Shown here: positions 9,592-17,100 of the stretch, piece after piece | Position numbering within the stretch: position 1 is the first letter of the stretch | Layout of the letters: every line of letters begins with the position of its first letter | Assembly: GCF_000011125.1 (NCBI RefSeq) | Contig: NC_000854.2 | Span: 750,001 to 782,000, forward strand | Source of the DNA: Aeropyrum pernix K1 | Lineage (GTDB): Archaea > Thermoproteota > Thermoprotei_A > Sulfolobales > Acidilobaceae | Reading direction: 5' to 3' | DNA length: 32,000 bases | Position numbers and translations under genes: made by a program | The notes under the pieces: generated by a model | The model's database searches: none | What the model was told of the DNA's origin: nothing | What the model saw: the letters and a program-made list of their open reading frames with translations, nothing else

Positions 9592-9789
9592 ATGGGTTTT
9601 CTCGGAGATCTCGTCCTAGACGTAGACCCGCCCTTCGTGGGTGGGGAGCATAGGCTGCTTAGGAAGAGTGTTAGGGAGTTCGCCGAGAAGACTGTCAGGC
9701 CTAGGGCCAGGGAGATAGATGTTGGGAACCAGTATCCCCGTGACCTCCTGCCCGTGCTGGCGGGCTGGTGGAGACAGGCTTCAGGGTAG
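9592..9789 (+). pseudogene. Acyl-CoA dehydrogenase, N-terminal fragment (about 60 codons)
   Basis: GEHRLLRKSVREFAEKTVRPRAREIDVGNQYPRDLLPVLA matches the ACAD N-terminal helical domain. The match ends abruptly and the frame stops. The fragment is GC-rich, unlike its flanks. Confidence 0.75.
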
Positions 9790-9848
9790 GCCGCTTGCAC
9801 CTATAACTAGCTCTGAACTTTTCTCTGGATGAATTATCACGCATGATT

Positions 9849-10274
9849 CTATGGTATCTGTTTGAAATCGTTGTCTAGTGTTAGGATTTCTTTTATTTCT
9901 TCTCTTTTCATGATTGCTACTGTTAGAGCGTCGCTCGGTAGTAGCTTGTATTCTAGCGATATTTTCATGCTTTCTCTGAAGTCGCTGTAGGTTGGTGGGA
10001 TTATATTCAGCTTTTCAGCTATCTTGTCGAGTGCAGCTAGTCTAGCTCTAATGGTGTCTTCTGCAGCACCCTTCTCAAACAGTTTTCCTATCTTGTAGAC
10101 ACTTACAGGCCCCTCCGATTCAATTATGGAGAGGGCTATTAGCTTGTACGCTGCCTCCTCAAGGAGGTGGGTCGAGGTGTAGGGTTCTGTTCCTATTAGG
10201 TACTCGAGAAGGCTGTGTTCTCTGTTGAATATTATGCGGATGAATATGTTAGCGTCAACGAAGAGCCTCCTCAA
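9849..10274 (-). CDS. vapC: PIN-domain ribonuclease toxin VapC
   Basis: N-terminal RRLFVDANIFI (Asp7), EEAAYKL, PSDALTVAIM and C-terminal LTLDNDF supply the PIN acidic residues. The TTG start overlaps the upstream antitoxin gene by 20 nt. Confidence 0.9.
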   Translation of the reverse strand: MRRLFVDANIFIRIIFNREHSLLEYLIGTEPYTSTHLLEEAAYKLIALSIIESEGPVSVYKIGKLFEKGAAEDTIRARLAALDKIAEKLNIIPPTYSDFRESMKISLEYKLLPSDALTVAIMKREEIKEILTLDNDFKQIP

Positions 10275-10476
10275 GATATAACTCCTCCACTAGGTCCAGC
10301 AGCTCAGCCTTACCCTTAGGGAGTTCTGAAAGGAAGTCCACTAACTCCCGGTAATCCTCCTCCCCGAAAACTCTACGCCTAATAACAACCTCAACCTCCT
10401 CCCCCTCACTTAACACCAAGGGTTCTAGGGGTTTCAGCACACCCCCCTCATACTTCACACGGATAACCTTAGACAT
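10255..10476 (-). CDS. AF2212/DUF104-type antitoxin (VapB-like)
   Basis: MSKVIRVKYEGGVLKPLEPLVLSEGEEVEVVI is the characteristic DUF104 N-terminus. I place the start at ATG 10476 rather than the track start at 10494. The gene overlaps vapC. Confidence 0.85.
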   Translation of the reverse strand: MSKVIRVKYEGGVLKPLEPLVLSEGEEVEVVIRRRVFGEEDYRELVDFLSELPKGKAELLDLVEELYLEEALR

Positions 10477-10640
10477 AGCACACCCCCAACCCATAAAAAA
10501 GGTTTAGACCCCCTAAGCCTTTATCCTAGCATGCTGCACCATCCTCCATTATGATACAAAGCTTAGATTATCAAGATGTCGGGCGTGCTACATTATATCG
10601 TGCATTCATTAACATTTGTTTAATTTATCTTTGTTCTCAG

Positions 10641-10680
10641 GGGCAGGAGGGTCTGGCTTCAAATCTCGGTGGCTCCACCC
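10641..10680 (+). other. Degenerate tRNA 3'-half-like remnant (T-arm plus 3' acceptor strand); possible old att site
   Basis: CTGGC-TTCAAAT-CTCGG has a canonical T-loop and 4 of 5 stem pairs (position 53-61 is a C-C mismatch). It is followed by TGGCTCC-A-CCC. No matching 5' half lies upstream. Confidence 0.25.
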
Positions 10681-10731
10681 TAAGTTTATACTTGAACGTG
10701 GCATTTTGCGAATGTTGCTAGAGCAGTATTG

Positions 10732-11231
10732 AGGCCTAGGGTTCCAGCGCCATCCAAGACTCCACCAACAGCCTCAGCAACGTACCTCCTGGCGGCCACC
10801 TACCCCAAACCCTACCGGGGTATGGCTAGAGCGTTCTCGGTTGAAGCTAGGAGGTGGCTTACGAGTGGAGCCTCTCCAGCATGTCCTTCGGCAGGCCCAT
10901 ACACCGGCTCCAGGCAGTCCGCTTCCAGATCGTCGACATGGCGGTCAAGACAAGGTCGATGAAGACTCTAGCATACACGGCAGCCAGGCTCAGGGACCAG
11001 GGGGACCCGAGGTACGTGTGGATGGCCTCAGCAGCTAAGCTCCACGCAAGCATAGCTGCGAACGAGATAGCAGCCGCCGCCGTGAGAATCCTAGGCGGCC
11101 TGGGCTACGTGAAAGAGTCGACGGCGTAGAGGGTGTACAGGGACGCCAAGCTCCTGGAGATAGGCGAGTGGACGAACGAGATCCAGAGGTGGATAATGGG
11201 GAAGATGCTCTACGGCGAACTATCCCCCTAA
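10732..11231 (+). pseudogene. Acyl-CoA dehydrogenase, C-terminal fragment with a frameshift and an in-frame TAG
   Basis: FGRPIHRLQAVRFQIVDMA...ASAAKLHAS...ILGGLGYVKESTA-TAG-RVYRDAKLLEIGEWTNEIQR matches the ACAD C-terminal domain. There is an in-frame stop at 11127-11129 and a frameshift near 10850, where frame 1 switches to frame 3. Confidence 0.8.
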
Positions 11232-11423
11232 ACCCCGGTTTCCCCTCTAGGCGCATGCGCAAACCACATCCAACACTCTCCTATTCCGTCTAGGCAGGTA
11301 TGCTCAGTCATCCCTGTATCCCCCTCCCTTTCCTCGTGTCGATCCTTGAGGCTGCCTCCACAACGGAAATGCCATGGGCAATACAAGCTACCCACAGATC
11401 ACCAATATGTATATGGTCTGAGC

Positions 11424-11457
11424 TCTCGGCGTGGGCCCGAGACACTCTGGGTTTTTT
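11424..11457 (+). terminator. Hairpin plus T6 run downstream of the ACAD remnant
   Basis: TCTCGG (11424-11429) pairs with CCGAGA (11437-11442). A TTTTTT run follows at 11452-11457. Confidence 0.25.
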
Positions 11458-11486
11458 GCATCAACCGCTGAAGCCGTATCTTCGCA

Positions 11487-13202
11487 TTGTTTTGTTTGTT
11501 ATTTATCGTTCGAGAGTTTGGAGCGAGATGTGCATCTATATCACATTATGTTGAATTTATTTATGATAAATGCCACGATATTTCAAATGGTGGACGTATA
11601 GTGGGTAGATACTTCGGTTTCCGGGAGCTATACCCAAAGTACCCCGTTCAGCTAGCCACTCGACGCGACTCTAAAATAAGACTCGGTACCAGGCAACTCT
11701 ATGTGGATGTTCCCTTTCCAATCTACCATCATTACATTCGTTGGTGGATGTACCACGAGGGGATCGGCGATAAACAGGAGAACCTGGACGTAATACAACG
11801 AATAAAAGATGACTTGAATAAGGAGCTCGGAGACAGGTATTCTAGCATTTACAGCGTTGAGGGACCAATTGAGAGAGGGACAGGCAAACCATTCATAAGG
11901 CTACGGATTAGATGGGACAAGCTGATAGACTACCTAGAATGGAGAGCTAGGGATTGGGTCGAGGATGTAAAAAGAGTTAGTGTAAATCATGTAGGAAGTA
12001 TTATTAGAGATTTATACGTTAATGACATTATATGTAACTATATAGGATTGTTATTATTAGTAAACATTGAGAGGGCTCTAGACCTGTTATTATCCAAAAC
12101 CTTTAATATGGGATTAGATGAGGAAGTCCAAAGGTATAGGAAGCTGTTATCGAGGCTAGGAGAAATAGATCATATTGAGGAGCTTGTTGAGAGGTTAAGA
12201 AGGGCTATCGAGAAGATATATAGGTCAGAAAGACGTCGCCTTGCAGGCCTACAAAAGGATGTTGTTTCCATGGACAAATTGATAATATCAAATTTAACAC
12301 TAAACATTAACGATATAGTTAGTGCGGTCTATGATGTAAATATTGGTTATGCCTATCTCAACATGAGGAGATCCATAGAAACACTAGTTAGGCTCTTGTG
12401 CTTCTACAGAACACTTGGTAACAGATCTTTATGTCCTGCAGGCCGTAGAAGCCGGAGGGAGACGGAGATTGAGATTGAATATTGTTTCTCAAACGAAAAC
12501 GACGAAGATATATTGTTTAAAGCATTTGCTCACTCTGCTAAAAACCTCTATGGAATAGGGATCAGTCTAAATATCCAGAATTTACAAAAACTTGGCGTGG
12601 AACCTCGTCACGCTGAGGACCTGAAGCGAATATACTCGATAGCTAGTGAGGTGATCCACCGCATTCCCAGGCTGCCGTTCTATTCTCTTCTCGAGTTTAA
12701 GGTGTTTAAACATGTGTTCAGGTGGTATGTGGAGACTGTTGAATCAATCGCTGGTACGGCGACTGTAAGTGAGGAGGTTGAGCATGATGTGTGGGGTAGG
12801 CTAGAGCTGGAGCAGCACGCTGTCCATGAAGCGGTGAGAATTGTTAGGGATAACAAACGAGACGTTATAGAGGCGTTCAAGGAAGTTGTACGGGGGTTGG
12901 ATGAGAGGGATTTGGAGTATCTTAGGCTTGCTGCTTATCTGTCGCCTAGCAGGGCAACCCTCGAGAAGGGCTTACTCCTGGAGGAGGAGTTTCTGGAGGC
13001 TCTTGAGAAGGCCTCACGCCAGCTCGGCAGCCCAGCTAGCCTGATATTAAGCCTGGCCGCTGATAGGCTGAAGACCGTTAGCATTTTTATGGGGGAGAAA
13101 CTTGTTGAGAAGGGCATAATAGCCTCCGGCGACCCCGACTACGCGGCTAAGGTGGCCTTCTATACACTCCTGCTAGCATTGGGAGAAGGTATACTGTTCT
13201 AA
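11487..13202 (+). CDS. Hypothetical 571-aa protein with an N-terminal unique region, a core paralogous to 8678-9475, and a GC-rich helical C-terminal extension
   Basis: Long uninterrupted ORF in very AT-rich DNA. It shares ordered motifs with the 265-aa protein at matching spacing (HIxxLxExL; AYxxxRxxxExL; SxxIH). The start is uncertain (TTG 11487 or GTG 11601). Confidence 0.75.
   Translation: MFCLLFIVREFGARCASISHYVEFIYDKCHDISNGGRIVGRYFGFRELYPKYPVQLATRRDSKIRLGTRQLYVDVPFPIYHHYIRWWMYHEGIGDKQENLDVIQRIKDDLNKELGDRYSSIYSVEGPIERGTGKPFIRLRIRWDKLIDYLEWRARDWVEDVKRVSVNHVGSIIRDLYVNDIICNYIGLLLLVNIERALDLLLSKTFNMGLDEEVQRYRKLLSRLGEIDHIEELVERLRRAIEKIYRSERRRLAGLQKDVVSMDKLIISNLTLNINDIVSAVYDVNIGYAYLNMRRSIETLVRLLCFYRTLGNRSLCPAGRRSRRETEIEIEYCFSNENDEDILFKAFAHSAKNLYGIGISLNIQNLQKLGVEPRHAEDLKRIYSIASEVIHRIPRLPFYSLLEFKVFKHVFRWYVETVESIAGTATVSEEVEHDVWGRLELEQHAVHEAVRIVRDNKRDVIEAFKEVVRGLDERDLEYLRLAAYLSPSRATLEKGLLLEEEFLEALEKASRQLGSPASLILSLAADRLKTVSIFMGEKLVEKGIIASGDPDYAAKVAFYTLLLALGEGILF
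11556..11570 (+). promoter_or_regulatory. TATA-like element upstream of an in-frame GTG at 11601
   Basis: ATTTATTTATGATAA lies about 35-45 nt upstream of GTG 11601. This suggests the real start of the 571-aa ORF may be 11601, not 11487. Confidence 0.3.
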
Positions 13203-13286
13203 CGTCGGCTCTGAACAGGAAATATAGGTTAACTGTACTTAACCAGCCTTTAACCTCCGCCGATCCAACTAAACCCAACGGAGAAG

Positions 13287-13670
13287 GTGGAGAGCTTGGT
13301 TAACGGCCGATCCACGGATCACCGTTTTGACAGAGAGAAAATTGTTAGAAGGGCGGACGAAATAGCCGGAAAACACGGCCTACTGAGTCATAGGCTTCGA
13401 ATACTGATACTGGCAGCCACTGCCGCCTACGGAGAAGCATCGTGGACCAGCCTGAAAACGATTCTAGAAAGCCTGCTGGGCCCAGTGAACCCGAACACAC
13501 TCGCATTCCATACTAGAAAACTAATGGAGGCGGGGCTACTGAGAAGAGCGGGGTCTCTCGAATCTCCAGTGTACATGCTGGCTGAAGAGCCTGATAGAGA
13601 GATCGCTGAGCTCGCGAAAGAGATGGAAAAGCTAGTTAAGCCCACTAGACAGGGGAGCGAGGAGCCCTGA
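13287..13670 (+). CDS. Winged-helix (ArsR-like) DNA-binding protein
   Basis: HRLRILILAATAAYGEASWTSLKTIL...NPNTLAFHTRKLMEAGLLRR fits a helix-turn-helix plus wing pattern. GTG start preceded by GGAGAAG. It lies 84 nt downstream of, and co-oriented with, the 571-aa gene. Confidence 0.75.
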   Translation: MESLVNGRSTDHRFDREKIVRRADEIAGKHGLLSHRLRILILAATAAYGEASWTSLKTILESLLGPVNPNTLAFHTRKLMEAGLLRRAGSLESPVYMLAEEPDREIAELAKEMEKLVKPTRQGSEEP

Positions 13671-14157
13671 ATACTTATCAGGTAGTCCAGGATTAAAAAC
13701 GAGCGGTTGTAGTTGTAAAGTAATTTAGAGGAGTCGTTCTGCTGTCGAACTCTGGAAAATAGGGCTCTTCGGAAGAGGGACGAGGGATTCATCATGAGGG
13801 GTATCTACAGCTTTCCTAGGATACTACTTCAACGTTATAGAAGAAGGTGATCTCTAGCTAGAATTCGTTATGAAGCTGAATCCCGTTCCTGTTAAAGCTA
13901 AGGATAACTCCGAGGAAAGCCGCTGACGTGAGGGTTGTAGGCCTTAGAGAGGGTTGAAAACAATGTTAGAGAGCCCATTGCTGACGCCTCCTTCCTTGAT
14001 ACTAGGTAGCTACTATAATGAGACCGATACTATAGAGCTGCTCTAGTCGATTAAAGACGAAAGAGATAGCCATGCTTTAGAGTTAATGTAAGGCTAGGTT
14101 TCACTGTTGTTAACGATTAGCTCTTGCTAGTTCTTCTGGTAGCGTTTATATAGCTGC

Positions 14158-17100
14158 ATGGGCTGGGACAAAATTGTAATCGGGTTCCCAGTATTGCGCC
14201 TTCCCTATTTTGCACCTGCTATGCTGGTTTTCCTAATTCTTCTCCAGGGTTTTCCTGGGGCTCTGGCTTCCGGCTATTCTTTGTCTGGCGGCGAGGACCT
14301 CGGCGGGTATGGCGGCTATCCTGCGCCGCTTGCTATGCTTGTGGATTCTCTTGGGGAGGAGGGGCTTGGGCTGGGCGATCTGGAGGCTTTGGGTGTGGCG
14401 GTGCCTGTTGTGGTTTATCTCGAGCCTTGGGCCGATGCTGGGGCGCTTCTGGAGGAGTATGGGGGGCTCGTCTGGCTCTACAGGGGGCCTCTGGTCTCGC
14501 TTGTGGGGGGTGCGCTGGGTGTTGAGGACCTCCTGAGCCTCGCTGGCGAGCCGGGTGTTTCGCTGGTCGTGCCTGCGGGGCCTCTCAGGCCTGTTGCCAA
14601 GGCCGAGGAGCTCCCTCCCGACGTTCCCCGGAGGGCCCTCGGTGCCGTGGCCTCCGCCTCCACCGAGGGCGGGGTGGTTTATGACAGGCCGCTACGGCTG
14701 ACGGGGGCCTTGGAGGCCTGGGAGATGGGGTATCGCGGCGAGGGGGTTGTGATCGGGGTTATAGATACGGGGGTGGACTTCTCGGGGCCGGGGCTGGGTG
14801 AGGATAAGATCGCCTTCTCCCCCGAGGGTCTGCCCCTTATCGTGGACTACGGCATGGTTTTCCTGGCCGCACCCCTCTACGTCGAGGTGGACCCCGACTC
14901 GGGGTCGGGGGCTGTGGACTTCCAGGGGCTCTACACCGTGGAGGCGGGACCCGCTGGCGTTGGCTTGCTGGTGAAGAGGAGCGGGGGGTTCGCCTCCATC
15001 GCATACCTGAGCCCTGAAGGGGGCTACTCCAGCGGCTATGTTGAGTACAGCCTCGAGCCCCCGGTGCTCCCCCAGGAGGTTGTGGATGCCGCCCTGCAGG
15101 GAGGGGCGCCGCCTAGGTACGGTTTGGCGGTGTCCGAGAACATGGCCTACACCCTGGACGGCGGCCTACTCTGGTACAGGATGACTGTGCCCGGGCTGGT
15201 GGCCGACGCGGACGCCGACGGGCTTTACGACACCATCTACCTTGACGCCTCCACGGCTGTCTACCACCTGGCATCCGCCGCCAGGCAGGCGGGCCTCACC
15301 CTCTACCCCGCTCCATCAGCGGCGGACTACAGCTTCGAGGGAGAGAAGCCCGTAACCCCCGCCTCCCCACTGGCGGGCTACGACGCCCGGGGCGACGGGG
15401 ACATAGACCTCCCTGTGGGGGCGCTGGCAGGCTACACAGTAGACCTGAGCGGCGCGGCCCTGGGGATGGCCACCGGCATCCTCGGCGAGATGGCGGCTGG
15501 CCTCCCCGAGGGCGGCGCCACCCTATTACCGACGGAGGACCTCCCAGCGGGCTACCTGCTGCCGGGCATGGACTTCTGGCGGGGGAGCTACGCGGTGTTC
15601 CACACCGACGATGACGGCCACGGCACCAAGGCCGCCTCCACCGCCGCCGGCAGGGAGTTCATCTTCCGGGCCGAGACGGGCCTGGGGTTGGAGGTTAGAA
15701 TGCTGGTCTCGGGCACCGCGCCCGAGGCGAGGCTGGCGGCGAGCTCCTTTTACATCTACGAGCAGGCCATGCTGACCCTAACCGGCCACGTAATGGTAGA
15801 CGCCGGGACGGGTGAGCCCCTATGGATCCCGCCCTGGATGGGGGGCGTGGATCCTTGGGATAGGCTAGACCCCAGGCTCAACGGAGGAGGGGTCAAGGCG
15901 GAGTGGGCCTGGACTGGCACCCCCCTCGTCGACCTAACCACTAACAGCTGGGGCATATCCTCCCTACAGTACTATGCGGATAAACCTCTGGGCCTGGAAG
16001 AGGTTAGCCTCTTCATAGACTCGATAACGCTGGAGACGGGGGTCCCCCACTTCATAGCCGCGGGCAACGGCGGCCCCGGCCTAGGCACCGTGACGGCGCC
16101 GGCCACAGCCAGGCTCGCAGTGGCGGTGGCGGCGGCTACTGACATGGCCTACCTATCCCTCATTCAGCCAGGCTACCTCCCCCTCCTGGCAGGCCTCGGG
16201 GGCTACGGCGACCCAGCATACTTCTCAGCAAGGGGGCCAAGCCACGCCGGAGCCCCGAAGCCGGGGCTCGCCGCCATAGGGGGGTTCGCGTACACCACGG
16301 GGCGGAGCCTGGACCACTACACCGGGGGCAGGCTGGACCCCCGGGCGGCGCCCCTGCTCTTCGGCGGCACCAGCATGGCCACGCCGATGGCGGCGGGGGC
16401 CGCTGCCCTGGCTATACAGGCGTTGAAGGAGAGCCTAGGTGTTGAGAGGCTCGGGCTTGAGGAGTGGCTGAGGGTCTACACAGCACTCTCCATGACCGCC
16501 CAGTGGAGGGGGCTACCCTGGGGGGAGATGGGCAATGGGATCGTGGATGCTGCTGGGGCGATTAGGCTGTTGACGGGCGTCGACCAGGGTGTTCTCATCT
16601 ACTCGGCCACCATATTAGAGGAGGCTGCGGGCCAGGCGGGAGTAGCCGCCCCCGGCTACGGCATCCCCGCGCTCCTGGTTTGGGCGGGGAGCGGTGTCGA
16701 GACCCCGGTGGATATCGTGCTGGAGGGCGAGGGGCCGGTGGCCCTGAAGGCGGTTGAGCCGAGGCTCGAGGTCACTGTGAGGTCCTCGGTCGAGATAGAC
16801 CTGTCCAGCCCCGTGGGGGAGAGCGGCTACTACACGATGTACAACGCGGCCTCCATAGACCCCAGCATGCTGCCCCAGGGGCCCGTTGAGGTGTCCCTAA
16901 CCCTCCCGTACGAGGTTTTCGACAGGCAGGGCAGGGAGAGGACCTCGACGTGGTGGGAAGGCTACGTCTACGGCGTCCTAGCCCTCCTATACTGGGCCGA
17001 CCTGGACGGCGACGGCCTAGGGGATGACGGGGAGTTCTACATCCTCTCCATAGACAAGAAGTCCTCAAACGTGTTCAGAGTATTCCTCTCCAACGCCCAG

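Larger units (their letters stand above)
7805..14157. other. Low-GC mosaic accessory island interleaved with GC-rich remnants of a native acyl-CoA dehydrogenase gene
   Basis: Composition drops abruptly after 7804 and recovers at the protease gene. Counted 60-nt samples give 20% GC at 12001-12060 and 72% GC at 15241-15300. Contents are orphan genes, a TA pair and pseudogene fragments. Confidence 0.7.

Noticed and set aside
10631-10680. Intact tRNA gene
   Set aside because: Only a T-arm and 3' acceptor-like half can be folded. The putative anticodon stem does not pair and no 5' acceptor strand exists. It is kept only as a low-confidence remnant.
11300-11554. 84-aa plus-strand ORF between the ACAD remnant and the 571-aa gene
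   Set aside because: It has no motifs, spans a hairpin and T6 terminator-like element, and runs into the TATA-like region of the next gene. It is probably non-coding.
13427-13795. 122-aa minus-strand ORF overlapping the wHTH gene
   Set aside because: It is Ser/Leu-rich with no motifs and overlaps a plus-strand ORF that has a clear helix-turn-helix pattern and an SD-like signal.
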